A stretch of DNA of 62,432 nt, filler included, from an uncultured bacterium (GTDB taxonomy: Bacteria > Latescibacterota > UBA2968): assembly GCA_964471275.1 (NCBI GenBank). It is 14 parts of 14 records of this genome, joined end to end, with 100 filler letters (N's around TTAATTAATTAA, not from the genome) between each part and the next. Parts side by side here need not be neighbours in the genome. Positions count along the whole stretch, not along the records: positions 27,764 to 32,103 come from CAYYGZ010000310.1; positions 32,204 to 36,525 come from CAYYGZ010000311.1; positions 36,626 to 40,915 come from CAYYGZ010000312.1; 11 more parts are not named here. One strand, given 5' to 3'. The notes under the pieces were generated by a model. It was not told the DNA's origin and made no database searches. It worked only from the letters and a program-made list of their open reading frames with translations. This document shows, in pieces, positions 29,171 to 39,643 of the stretch. A program made the position numbers and the translations under genes. The number at the start of each line of letters is the position of its first letter. Position 1 is the first letter of the stretch.

Positions 29171-31366
29171 ATGAAATCTCAATCTGGAGAAGACCCCATG
29201 GATGAATTCGAACTGATCAAGGACAGGGTGGTCTCTGAGCTTCGCGGGGTGGTTACCAAGCGCGACTGGGGAGAGCAGGTCAAGAGGTCGTCGGACAGTG
29301 ACGATCGCGTAAGGTCGATTATCGACAGGATGAATGAGAATGGAAGCTTCACGGACATCGACTATGTGGATCTGAGCAGGGAGGCAGGTTTTCCCCAGCG
29401 CAGACATACATCCGACCTCGTGCGGCTGGCACAGGCCTATCGGTCCGAGTCATCCGAGTTCTGTGAGAGCAGCGAGCTGGAGGCAATCATCACCCGGGGA
29501 TACACCTACTGGGTCGACAACGACTTTTTCGGCGATAACTGGCACAACAACCAGATCTCGACCCCGACGAGCCTGATCGAGCTCACGCTGCTGTTCGGGG
29601 ATCGGCTGTCCGATGAACAGATCGAGAAAGGCCAAGCGATCATCGGCAGAGCACACATGGATGCGTCGGGCGCACGACCGAGCGGAGACCGTATCGTGAT
29701 CGCCGGGATCTTGGCGAAGAATCTCCTCTTCAGAGGGAACCGGGAGGCGTTCGATGATATCATTCGGCTCATCGAGGGCGAGGTAAAGTTTTCGACCGGC
29801 AGCCGAGGTATGCAGCACGATTTCAGCTTCCACCATCGGGGCGACCGGGTGAACAACACGACCTCGTATGGCTACGGGAAGTACGCCAACGTCTTTGGGG
29901 AGTGGGCATCCTACGTAGCCGGAACACAGTATGCCTTCTCTGCCGAGAAGATCAGTCACCTCGTCGACTACTACCTGGACGGTATCGTCAAGATGCAGGT
30001 TTACGGCATCTATCCGGATGTGAGTGCAAAGAACCGTTCCGTTACTCACAAGGTCTCAACGTTTGAGCCCTACGATACCCTTGAGATCGAGCGGCTGCTG
30101 GAAAGCACAGACTATCGGAAGGACGAACTGGAGGAGATCGTCCGACTGCGAAAGGGCGAGTCCAGGCCCTCAGCGTCTTTCGCGCAGTTCTTCTGGCAGA
30201 GCGAACACTTTGTATTCCAGCGACCCTCGTTCTACACGACGGTCCGGATGTACTCCACAAGGAACCGCAATATGGAAGTTCCCTACAACGGGCCCGGTAA
30301 GCCGACACACCACCGGGGCGACGGGACGAACTACCTGTCGATGCGGGGAGACGAGTATCACAATATCTGGCCGGTTTATGATTGGCAGAAGATCTCGGGG
30401 GCGACGATTCTGCAGAAGCCTGAACTGCCATCTCCCAAGGAGATTCAGAAGGATGGGCTGACCGAGTTTGTGGGGGCCGTGACAGATGGTCTCTACGGCT
30501 CGGTCGCATTCGACTTCAAGAGCCCGCACGACTTCATCGAGGCCAGAAAGAGTTGGTTCTTCTTCGACGATGCGTATGTCTGTCTGGGTGCCGATATCCT
30601 GGGGGGCAGGCGTCTTGCAGCCGGCGGTCTGGGTGGTCAGGTTTATGAAGAGGGACCTTCCGTCGTCACGACGGTTAATCAGACTCTGATGCGTGGAGAC
30701 GTGACCGTTGCGCGTGGTGGTGCGCCAGAGATGCTCGCGAACGGCAGTCGAAAGCTCGAGGGTGTCGAGTGGGTGCATCACGATGGTGTCGGGTATGCCT
30801 TCCCCGAACATACCACGATCTGCCTGTCGAATCAGGCACAAGAGGGCAGGTGGTCGGATATCACGGACGAGAAGGCCGTCTCGGATCACGCCGTGAGTGA
30901 GGATGTCTTCACCCTATGGCTCGACCACGGGCATCGGTCGGAGAATGCGTCGTATCAGTATGTCGTTGCGCCGGATGTTGCAGTCGACACGTTAGCCAAT
31001 CGAGTCAGACCGATCGAGATCCTGGTGAACACGCGTGACGTTCAGGCAGTGAAGCACGAGGGGCTCGGTATCTGCCAGATCGCATTCTACAACGCGGGTG
31101 AAGTTCAGGTAACGGAGGGAACCTGCGTGCGGATGGACAGCCAGGGGATGGTGATGGTCAAGATGGAGGAGGACCGAGTTGTGCAAGTGTCAGTGTCTGA
31201 TCCGTCGAGGAGATGCAGCCGGGCAACGGTAACGGTTTCCGGAATCTATGAATCCACGGCTGATGGGGTTGTTGCGATCCCGGATGAAGATCGACAAACG
31301 ACGCTGCTCCTGGTGGACCTGCCGCAGGACGCCTACGCGGGCAAGAGTGTGACGCTCAAGCTATAG
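29171..31366 (+). CDS. Polysaccharide lyase family 8 (chondroitin AC/hyaluronate lyase-like)
   Basis: NWHNNQI, GMQHDFSFHH, SYG, YDWQKISGAT, FVGAVTDG, ARKSWFFFDD, LDHG, YQYVV. Confidence 0.9.
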   Translation: MKSQSGEDPMDEFELIKDRVVSELRGVVTKRDWGEQVKRSSDSDDRVRSIIDRMNENGSFTDIDYVDLSREAGFPQRRHTSDLVRLAQAYRSESSEFCESSELEAIITRGYTYWVDNDFFGDNWHNNQISTPTSLIELTLLFGDRLSDEQIEKGQAIIGRAHMDASGARPSGDRIVIAGILAKNLLFRGNREAFDDIIRLIEGEVKFSTGSRGMQHDFSFHHRGDRVNNTTSYGYGKYANVFGEWASYVAGTQYAFSAEKISHLVDYYLDGIVKMQVYGIYPDVSAKNRSVTHKVSTFEPYDTLEIERLLESTDYRKDELEEIVRLRKGESRPSASFAQFFWQSEHFVFQRPSFYTTVRMYSTRNRNMEVPYNGPGKPTHHRGDGTNYLSMRGDEYHNIWPVYDWQKISGATILQKPELPSPKEIQKDGLTEFVGAVTDGLYGSVAFDFKSPHDFIEARKSWFFFDDAYVCLGADILGGRRLAAGGLGGQVYEEGPSVVTTVNQTLMRGDVTVARGGAPEMLANGSRKLEGVEWVHHDGVGYAFPEHTTICLSNQAQEGRWSDITDEKAVSDHAVSEDVFTLWLDHGHRSENASYQYVVAPDVAVDTLANRVRPIEILVNTRDVQAVKHEGLGICQIAFYNAGEVQVTEGTCVRMDSQGMVMVKMEEDRVVQVSVSDPSRRCSRATVTVSGIYESTADGVVAIPDEDRQTTLLLVDLPQDAYAGKSVTLKL

Positions 31367-31436
31367 ACTTTTCCGAGAACCGTGCGGTTCAGGGCCTCCG
31401 GCTACCTTGCGGGAGCCCTTCACTCTTGCGTGGCTG

Positions 31437-31567
31437 TGACCTGCTCCCATGTTGTGCGTCCACACCCAGAGTTAGGATGCTGTATAATGCTTTCTGGCCT
31501 CGTGACTCCCCATTATTTCTACCATACCCTAACTTTATGAATGGGAACATTCCAGGAGGGCAGGTCA
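31437..31567. mobile_element. 131-bp MITE built from both ends of the IS407-like element
   Basis: Begins TGACCTGCTCCCATG...CCACACCCAGAGTTAGGA (right-end type) and ends CCTAACTTTA...AACATTCCAGGAGGGCAGGTCA (left-end type); no ORF. Confidence 0.85.
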
Positions 31568-31714
31568 CTTACAAGTCTGCGAAGATCAGAATTCTAACCA
31601 AGATTGTCCTCGAATTAGTCTGTTAACTTCAAATGTTATCCAATAAGGAACTAAAGATGCTGGAGTCCCGATGAAGCTGAGTTGAAGCATTGAATTGATC
31701 TTTTACTTCTACCT

Positions 31715-32103
31715 TCACTGAAATTTTCTAGAAAATGAATCAATATCGTTCAACCGTCGGGAATCCGCCTCGTCCGAGCCATAAACTTCATCAATGAGGG
31801 AGCCACGTTCCTTGCCCCGTTCAAGCTCCTTTATCCGATAGGCCAAATCGTCAGGTGATGGTTCTCTGCCCAGTGCGGCTATATATAACGATCGCACAAA
31901 TACTTCATCGTTTAACGTCCAAACTCTATCCTTTGGTGTCTCAACAAAGGACCCAAGCGTTTTGGAAAGACTTCGAACAAGCCAAATTTTCACGTCTGTT
32001 CTTGTTCCCAATAGGCTTTTCGTTGATACCACCTTATCAGAGATCCTAAGGTTTTCTGACTCACCAAGGGCCCATCGATCCAGAGCCAAAATCCATTCTT
32101 TAA
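31715..32103 (-). CDS. DUF4214-like domain protein, 5' truncated
   Basis: NDEVFVRSLYIAALGREP...L..G..R..LI....S.E motif; region visibly AT-richer than its flanks. Confidence 0.6.
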
Positions 32104-32235
32104 NNNNNNNNNNNNNNNNNNNNNNNNNNNNNNNNNNNNNNNNNNNNTTAATTAATTAANNNNNNNNNNNNNNNNNNNNNNNNNNNNNNNNNNNNNNNNN
32201 NNNCTGACTCTGCACCTGCAGGAGAGGAAGATCAT

Positions 32236-32727
32236 ATGCCGTCGTTTGATGTCGTGAATAAGGTCGATATGCAGGAAGTGAGCAACGCGGTTAACAATGC
32301 GAGTAAGGAGATCATCCAGAGATACGATTTTAGAGGATCGAACACCGAGCTAGAGTGGGATAGTAAAGCCAATCAGATCGTGATCCGCACGGAAGACGAA
32401 ATGAAGATGGAGGCGGTGCGTGACATTCTGATCAATCACGCAACCCGACGGAAACTCGACGCAGAGGCCCTGGATTTCAAGGATGTCGAAGCGGCCGGCG
32501 GGAAGACGCTGAGACGCGAAGTCCTGATACGAGAAGGGATCGAACAGGATGTCGCCAAGAAGATTGTCAAAGACGTGAAGGACTCGAAACTCAAGGTTCA
32601 GATCTCGATCCAGGGCAATGAATTGCGGGTTTCAGGGAAGAAACGTGATGACCTTCAATCTGTAATCTCCTTGATCAAATCGGGCGACTACGAGGTCCCG
32701 CTGCAGTTCATCAACCTGCGGGACTAA
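32236..32727 (+). CDS. yajQ: YajQ family nucleotide/c-di-GMP-binding protein
   Basis: MPSFDVV, RYDFRG, IQG.ELRVSGKKRDDLQ, PLQFINLRD. Confidence 0.95.
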   Translation: MPSFDVVNKVDMQEVSNAVNNASKEIIQRYDFRGSNTELEWDSKANQIVIRTEDEMKMEAVRDILINHATRRKLDAEALDFKDVEAAGGKTLRREVLIREGIEQDVAKKIVKDVKDSKLKVQISIQGNELRVSGKKRDDLQSVISLIKSGDYEVPLQFINLRD

Positions 32728-32935
32728 CCGGGAAGGGCAACGGGGGCGGGTCGCTCGTTCTGGATCGTGAGACTGGAGGGGCTGCCGGTTCAGATTCAAA
32801 TCCGATGGGATTCCCGCGGAGAAGGTGATGAACATCCTCCTGTAAGAGAGAATCTGGGGTCGCCCGAGGCGATCCCGGTGGTCTGTTTACAGAGGCAGGG
32901 CGCCGTGCCCTGCCTTCACTGTTTGAGGCAGATAT

Positions 32936-33646
32936 ATGGATCTAGATGGTGCGTGTGCGATCGTAACCGGAGGCGGCCGTGGCATCGGGCGTACAACGTC
33001 ATTGCGGCTCGCTGCTGCAGGAACCCGCGTGGTTGTCCTGGCCCGGAGCCAGGAAGAGACTGATACAGTCGCCCGGGAGATCACGGCTGCGGGTGGGACG
33101 GCCATATCGCGACAAGCGGATGTGATCGATCCTGTTAAGGTCAAGGCTGTTGTCGAGGAGGCCATCTCGCTGTATGGGGCAGTCGATATGCTGATCAACA
33201 ACGCCGGCGTTGCCATCCATAACCCGATTCCTAAGATACGACTCGAAGACTGGGAGTTTAATCTATCGGTCAACCTGACCGGCACTTTTGTTTGTACGCA
33301 GGCGGTCTTTCAACACATGTGTGATCGCGGGACCGGTCACATCGTAAACGTCTCCTCCGGGTCCGGTCTCAGGGGACACGCGAACGGTGGGGCGTACTGC
33401 GCCTCCAAGTTCGGCGTCATGGGGTTCACCGAGGTGACAGACGTCGAAGGTCGACCCTTCGGCGTAAAGGCTTCCGTCGTCTGCCCTGGACCGACAGACA
33501 CGAAGATGCGCCGAGACAACCATCCCGGCGACGTGCTCGAAAACCTGACGCAGGCGGAGGATATTTCGGACGCGATCGTCTTTCTGCTCAGCCAGCCACG
33601 CCAGGCGCATACGGTGCAGATAGCCGTGCGAACACCTTTGATGTGA
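32936..33646 (+). CDS. SDR family oxidoreductase
   Basis: TGGGRGIG, NNAG, YCASK. Confidence 0.92.
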   Translation: MDLDGACAIVTGGGRGIGRTTSLRLAAAGTRVVVLARSQEETDTVAREITAAGGTAISRQADVIDPVKVKAVVEEAISLYGAVDMLINNAGVAIHNPIPKIRLEDWEFNLSVNLTGTFVCTQAVFQHMCDRGTGHIVNVSSGSGLRGHANGGAYCASKFGVMGFTEVTDVEGRPFGVKASVVCPGPTDTKMRRDNHPGDVLENLTQAEDISDAIVFLLSQPRQAHTVQIAVRTPLM

Positions 33647-33653
33647 GGGTTAG

Positions 33654-34598
33654 ATGAAGATTCTGGTCACGATCGAGCTGGAAGAAAGACATCTCGAGCG
33701 GCTGAGGAATGCAGGAGATGACGTCGAGGTGATGATCGCTTCATCAGCTGAAGAGGGATTGGCGTTGATGCCCGAAGCGGACGTCTTGGTCGGCGGTTTC
33801 ACCCCTGAACTCTACCGGAGGGCGGAACGATTGCGCTGGGTCCAGTCCTGGAGCGCTGGTGTCGATGGTGTGCTTTTCAAGGAGTTTGTCGACAGCGACA
33901 TCCGGCTGACGAGCGCCAAAGGCACGGTCGGCGTACACCTCGCGGAGCACGCAATGGCACTTCTCTTCAGTCTCACGAGGGGTATTGCCACAGCCGTCAG
34001 GGAGGCCAGATGGGACAATCGGATGGTTATCCGGAAGTCGTCGTGGGAGTTGATCGATCGCACAATGGGAATCATCGGCCTTGGTGGAACCGGACGGGAT
34101 CTGGCCTTGCGTGCTTCTGCCTTCGGGACGCGAATCATCGCTGTGGATCCGGAGGACGTTGACGTGCCCGGCTGCGTGGAGTCCTGTTGGAAAACAGACC
34201 GGCTCTACGACCTGCTTGCCGAGTCAGATATCGTGGCCGTCTGTGCGCCGCTCACCCCGGACACAGAGGGGTTGCTTGACGACAGGGCTTTTTCGGCGAT
34301 GCGGGAACACGCGTTGTTGATCAACGTGACGCGTGGTAGGATTGTCGATGAAGCCGCTCTCCTTGCGGCCCTTAAGGAGAACCGGATCGGCGGAGTCGGG
34401 TTGGATGTGGCGCCACAGGAACCGTTGCCAGAAACGCACGAGCTGTGGTCTTTACCCAACGTGGTGATCACACCGCACACCGCCGGTGGTTCACCCAATC
34501 GCGATGACCGACTGCTCGATTTGATCACCGACAACATCGAGAGATTCCGACGGGGAGATCCGCTTCTCAGCGAGATAGACAAACGGAAGGGATATTGA
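33654..34598 (+). CDS. D-2-hydroxyacid dehydrogenase
   Basis: GIIGLGGTG, INVTRG, LDV..EPL, ITPHTAG. Confidence 0.92.
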   Translation: MKILVTIELEERHLERLRNAGDDVEVMIASSAEEGLALMPEADVLVGGFTPELYRRAERLRWVQSWSAGVDGVLFKEFVDSDIRLTSAKGTVGVHLAEHAMALLFSLTRGIATAVREARWDNRMVIRKSSWELIDRTMGIIGLGGTGRDLALRASAFGTRIIAVDPEDVDVPGCVESCWKTDRLYDLLAESDIVAVCAPLTPDTEGLLDDRAFSAMREHALLINVTRGRIVDEAALLAALKENRIGGVGLDVAPQEPLPETHELWSLPNVVITPHTAGGSPNRDDRLLDLITDNIERFRRGDPLLSEIDKRKGY

Positions 34599-34601
34599 CG
34601 T

Positions 34602-36371
34602 ATGGACATGCTGCTTCGAAATGTAACGATGCCCGAACTGTCGGCTATCTATAAAAGAAACCGCAAGCGATCTCCCGCTCCCTACCTGCTGGACGCAAAA
34701 GCGGTCAACAGGGCACGTAAATTGGCACAGAAGAACGGTCAGTGGGATGATCTGACCCGGAATCTCGATCCGGATGGGGTGATTCCCTCGATCAAGCGGT
34801 CCGCCTACAGGAATTACCAGCGCGTAGGTGACCGTGGCGTGCCTCAGGCGGCAGCAGGGCAGCGCAGACGCGAGCTGGGACGGGCGTTCCTCGCTATGTG
34901 GCTGGGTCATCCGAAAGCAAACCTGGACTATCTGCAGGACCTGATGTGGGCCTACTGCGGCCAGTTCACCTGGGTTATGGCAGCTCACGAGGGTCGGCAC
35001 ATTGACCTCGGGTCTGCGGCGCTCACAGCAACATTGGCAGAGATCCTGCACGTCCTCGGAGATCGAATTGAACCGGAGGTCGTGGAACGGGTAGCAGGTG
35101 AAATCGATCGTCGTACCTTCCAGGTCTTCTGTGAGTATGAGCATCTCGACGGATGGGAAACCGTTCGGATGAACTGGAATCACGTTTGTAACGGCGAGAT
35201 CATTCGTGCCGCGCTCTACCAGGTGGAGGATCCGAACCAGCTCGCGAGATTGACTCACGCGGCCATCCAGAATCTCACCTATGCGCTCGACGGATTCGCC
35301 TCGGACGGCGGATGCGAGGAGGGCCCGGGATACTGGGGCTACGGTTTTGGCCATTACCTGTATGTTGCGCAGGCTCTGTATCTGAAAACGAACGGTGCGC
35401 TCAACCTGTTTGAGGGGGACCGGGTCGATGCAATCTGCCGGTATCCACTCGCCGCACACATCAAGGACCACCTGAGGTCAACCTTCGCAGACTCCAGCCA
35501 CGGCTACATCCCGCTTCAGGCTGCGCTCGTCATTAACGAGCACAAGGACCTACCCGAACTGTTCGAATTGTGTGATGCGAACAGAGATTGCACGCTCAAG
35601 CCCGGTAGCCCGCACGAACTCGCAACCTACCGCGGCCAGAAGCAGACCGGCAAACCGGACACCCGGGACTATTTCCTGCCTGGGCTCGGCCAGGTGAAAC
35701 TCAGGTCAAAGCCTGGAACGAAAGCGCTGACGCTGATGGCGATCGCCGGTCACAACGGCGTACCACACAATCACAACGACATCGGCAGCTTCATTCTCCA
35801 TCGGGGAGACAAGCTGTGGTTGACGGATCCGGGCGGTCCGGTCTATTCGCGCAAGACCTTTGGCCCCAATCGGTATGACATTATTTTCTGCAATTCTCGC
35901 GGGCATTCCGTACCGGTCGTGAACGGCCAGCTTCAGCAGCCCGGGGCGAGATTTCGTGGAAAGATAAAGGTGGTTGGACTCAACACCCCAGGACCCAAAT
36001 CGGCCGTGGTCGATATGACCCGCGGATACTCTAAGGGCACTGTTGAATCACTCACACGCGAGTTTATTCTGGATCCGGATGCCAACAGACTGAAGATCAC
36101 AGATAGCTATCGTTTTGCGCGTAAACCCCGATCGATCGAGGAGGTGTTCATAACCTTCGAGCAGGTGACCGTATCGAAGGGCGGACGATCCGTGCAGATC
36201 GGTCCTGGGTACAAAGGGGTCCAGATCACGGCCAAAGCGAAGGGCCGGTTCTCGGTAAAGTCCTTGATCGAGGAGTCGAAAGAGGGACGTTCGGATCAGA
36301 CCATTCAGCGAATTTCGTTTACGCCGACGGATAGAGCGCGCGAAATGACTCTTACCTTTGTGATCGAATAA
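34602..36371 (+). CDS. Heparinase II/III-family polysaccharide lyase
   Basis: MNWNHVC, DGGCEEGPGYW, FAD, GHNGVPHNHNDIGSF, DPG, SRGHSVP. Confidence 0.85.
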   Translation: MDMLLRNVTMPELSAIYKRNRKRSPAPYLLDAKAVNRARKLAQKNGQWDDLTRNLDPDGVIPSIKRSAYRNYQRVGDRGVPQAAAGQRRRELGRAFLAMWLGHPKANLDYLQDLMWAYCGQFTWVMAAHEGRHIDLGSAALTATLAEILHVLGDRIEPEVVERVAGEIDRRTFQVFCEYEHLDGWETVRMNWNHVCNGEIIRAALYQVEDPNQLARLTHAAIQNLTYALDGFASDGGCEEGPGYWGYGFGHYLYVAQALYLKTNGALNLFEGDRVDAICRYPLAAHIKDHLRSTFADSSHGYIPLQAALVINEHKDLPELFELCDANRDCTLKPGSPHELATYRGQKQTGKPDTRDYFLPGLGQVKLRSKPGTKALTLMAIAGHNGVPHNHNDIGSFILHRGDKLWLTDPGGPVYSRKTFGPNRYDIIFCNSRGHSVPVVNGQLQQPGARFRGKIKVVGLNTPGPKSAVVDMTRGYSKGTVESLTREFILDPDANRLKITDSYRFARKPRSIEEVFITFEQVTVSKGGRSVQIGPGYKGVQITAKAKGRFSVKSLIEESKEGRSDQTIQRISFTPTDRAREMTLTFVIE

Positions 36372-36625
36372 CCATTTGAGATTCGGCGGGATTGTTCCTA
36401 TTTTTGTTAATAACGGCCCCGAAATTTTCGGGCGGTTTTCGACCAGAAGAAATCCCCATCTTGAAGGAGCCTGCCGTTTGTTATGCTGAATCAGGACTGG
36501 CGTAGTATAATCGGACAGATCATAANNNNNNNNNNNNNNNNNNNNNNNNNNNNNNNNNNNNNNNNNNNNTTAATTAATTAANNNNNNNNNNNNNNNNNNN
36601 NNNNNNNNNNNNNNNNNNNNNNNNN

Positions 36626-37175
36626 ACACGGTTGGGCTGATGATGCAATCCTCGCCCGGTTTCCAGTTCGCCGGCGTCGCGAGCTTGCCTGTTGCCGTGA
36701 GCTGGAGGGAGTCGATGACCCGGAGGATTTCGTCGAAGTTTCGCCCGGTCGATGCGGGATAGGTCAGCGTAAGCTTGACCTTCTTGTCCGGTCCGATGAC
36801 AAATACCGATCGGACGGTGGCCTTGTCGTCCACGTTCGGGTGGATCATGTCGAAGGCTTCGGCGACCTGGCGACTCTCGTCAGCGATGATGGGGTAGTTC
36901 ATCGTCGTGCTCTGCGTCTCGTTGATGTCGCTGATCCAACCGTTGTGCGAATCCAGCGGGTCGACACTCACACCGATCGGTTTGACGCCGCGTTGGTCGA
37001 ATTCTGCTTTCAGTTTGGCGACTGTTCCGAGCTCGGTCGTACAGACGGGCGTGTAGTCGGCGGGATGCGAGAACAGTATGCACCATCCATCTCCGATGAA
37101 GTGGTGGAAGCCGATGGTGCCCTCTGTCGTTTCAGCAGTGAAGTCTGGTACCGTATCACCGAGTCTGAGCGGCAT
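36626..37175 (-). CDS. 1-Cys peroxiredoxin (Prx6 type), 3' truncated
   Basis: FSHPADYTPVCTTE, YPASTGRNFDEILR, ATPANW. Confidence 0.93.
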
Positions 37176-37392
37176 GAGAATTCTCCATTTCTTGAGGATG
37201 ACGTTGTCCCTGGCATGGAACTACGAGGCAGAAAATCTTGTGCCCTGAACCGGTTCCGTCAAGCCCGAAAAACAGGATGGGTATGCTGCCCGGCCCTCCC
37301 GGGCATACTCTCCAGAGTTGATCCCAAGGCGAGACCCTCCTAGACTTGTTAAGTCTTGATTTCACATTCACCTATATAAGATTTCGCCAACT

Positions 37393-39620
37393 ATGCCAGC
37401 CATTCGTTTCGACAAACTCTCGATGTATGATCGCGCATCTGAACCGGTCTCACTGGCCATACCTTTTGCGCCGGGTACGGTTCCGAATCCGGCGATGCTC
37501 GCGATACGGGATAATGACCGTATTCTTGCCCGGCAGATTCGCACCACCTCGACCTGGGAAGACGGGTCTGTTCGCTGGGCAATGGTCCGGTTCATGCCTG
37601 ACTTGCCGGGTAACGCACCCCACTCCCTGATGTTCGACAATTCGGGAGAGGGGGAGGTCACCGACGATGCTGCTGTAGTTGTTGATCATTCGGGCCCCGT
37701 GGTCACCATCGATACGGGTCGCCTGCGACTCGAGATCGAATCCGGACATTCTTCTCTCTTCAAATCCGTTCATCTCGATGGCGAAGACATACTCAAGGAC
37801 GCATTTAGCGGTTTCTGCATTTGGGACGCGGAGGGAAGACCGTTCTCGACGTGTGGCGATACCGTAGATCGCGTGGAGGTTGTTGAAGCGGGCCCTCTGC
37901 TGGCAGAGATCAGAGTGGCGGGCAGCCACCGGACAGATGGGGGTGGAAGCCTGCTCGACTATGTCTTGCGGTTCATCTGCTGGGCGGGTAAGCCGTGGGT
38001 CGAGGTCGAATACCAGTTTGTGAACCGTGAGCAGACGGGAGATGTCGTGTTGANNNNNNNNNNGAGATCGGTCTGACCGTGCGCTCAGAGAGCGGGTCGG
38101 GGCCTCGGCAGAGGCTGGGACAGGGATACTACAGGACCTCGATTCAGGATGGCCCTGCTGACCAACTGCTCGATCAGGAGACGATCCTCTACCAGGCAGT
38201 GGAGCACGTTCTCGAGACCTTCTACGGAGACTTCTGGGCGGATTGGTCCGGGGATCGAGGCGGGGTGTCGATTACGCAATTCCAGGCACACCAGAACTTC
38301 CCGAAGCGGCTGAAGGTCGACGCGGCCGGTATCGATGTCGATGTGTTCCCGAGCGGCCAGCCACCCGTTAAGATTCTCCAGGGAGTGGCCAAGACCCATC
38401 GCTTCTTGTTCCACTTCCACGGTCCGGACAAATCTATCGAGGAACTTTCCGTGCGGTCGCTCCAGTTTCAGATGCCGGATATCGCGATCCTGCCCGAAGC
38501 CGTGTATCGGGATGCGGGTGTTTGGGAGAACCTGTTTCCCAAGCAGCTCTGTCGATCGATCGAAGGCGGGCTGATCGACAAGGGGGACAATCGCGCGCGC
38601 GGTCTGGGCATGATCCACTGGGGTGACGGTCCCGATTCCGGATACACCCAGCAGGGAAGGGGCCGTGGTGACTTGGTCTGGACGAACAATGAATACGATC
38701 TTCCGCACGCGATGTATCTGTTCTATGCCAAGACAGGGGAGCGGCGGTTCAGAGATATTGCGAGTGTGGCCGCGCAACACTGGATCGACGTCGATTTCTG
38801 CCACTTCTCCGATGACCCGCTGAAGATGGGGGGACAGCCCATCCACACGGCCGGGCACGTGACGGGAGGCGTCACACCTTCGCACGAATGGACAGAAGGT
38901 CTTCTCGACTATTACCACTTTACGGGCAAGCAGGAGGCTCTAGAGAAGGCGATCTCGATCGCGGATAACATAATCCGGCATCTCGAGTCACCGAAGTTTA
39001 AGGATGCGGGAGGATTTGCCGCCCGGGAAACCGGATGGGCAATGCGAGGTTTGATCGGGGTATATCAGGAAACACGCGAGCAGAAGTATTTAACTGCCTG
39101 CGACCAGATCGCCGAGCAGTTTATGGAGTGGAAACGGGAGTGGGGGGCGTTTTTGGCGCCATACACCTCTCACACCAAGATTCGCGTGCCGTTCATGATT
39201 TCGATCGCTGTGAATGCCCTCGCCCGATATCACTCCGTAACGGGTGACGATCGGGTGGCCGCCCTGATTGTGGACGAGATGCGCGACCTTCTGGATCACT
39301 GCGTGATGCCGGACGGACGGTTCTTCTACAAGGAGCTGCCGAGCCTGAACAAGCGGGCAGGCGGACCCCGGGAGATGGAAGCCCTCTGCCATGCCTTCCG
39401 GCTTTCGGGGGATCGCAGGTTCCTGGATCAGGTTCAGCTGATGATGAACGGCATGCTGCAGAATGGGTTGGGTGGTGGCGGCGGAGGCGGAAAGTCGATC
39501 GCAGGTGATGGAATCGTCATGGGTGGCGCGGGTCCCAAAGGATTCGCCAGCTTTTACGTGCCGTTTATGGTCGCATACAAGACGATGTCGGATGAGGATC
39601 TTCTCCAGGATGTCGATTGA
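37393..39620 (+). CDS. PcRGLX/YetA-like (exo-rhamnogalacturonan lyase-like) protein, split by a 10-N assembly gap at 38054-38063
   Basis: N-terminal EPVSLAIPFAPG...Q......WEDGSVRW barrel; C-terminal GMIHWGD, WTNNEYD, HWIDVD, SHEWTEG, RETGW. Confidence 0.7.
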
Positions 39621-39643
39621 TCGATTCCACAGGCTCGATGTGA

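Noticed and set aside
28483..31567. Composite transposon carrying the PL8 gene
   Set aside because: The IS tips nearest the cargo point toward it, the outer left boundary is lost at the contig end and no target duplication is visible, so it cannot be supported.
38054..38078. Two separate genes or a programmed frameshift at 38076/38079
   Set aside because: The break coincides with a 10-N scaffold gap; the two halves fit one PcRGLX/YetA-like protein.
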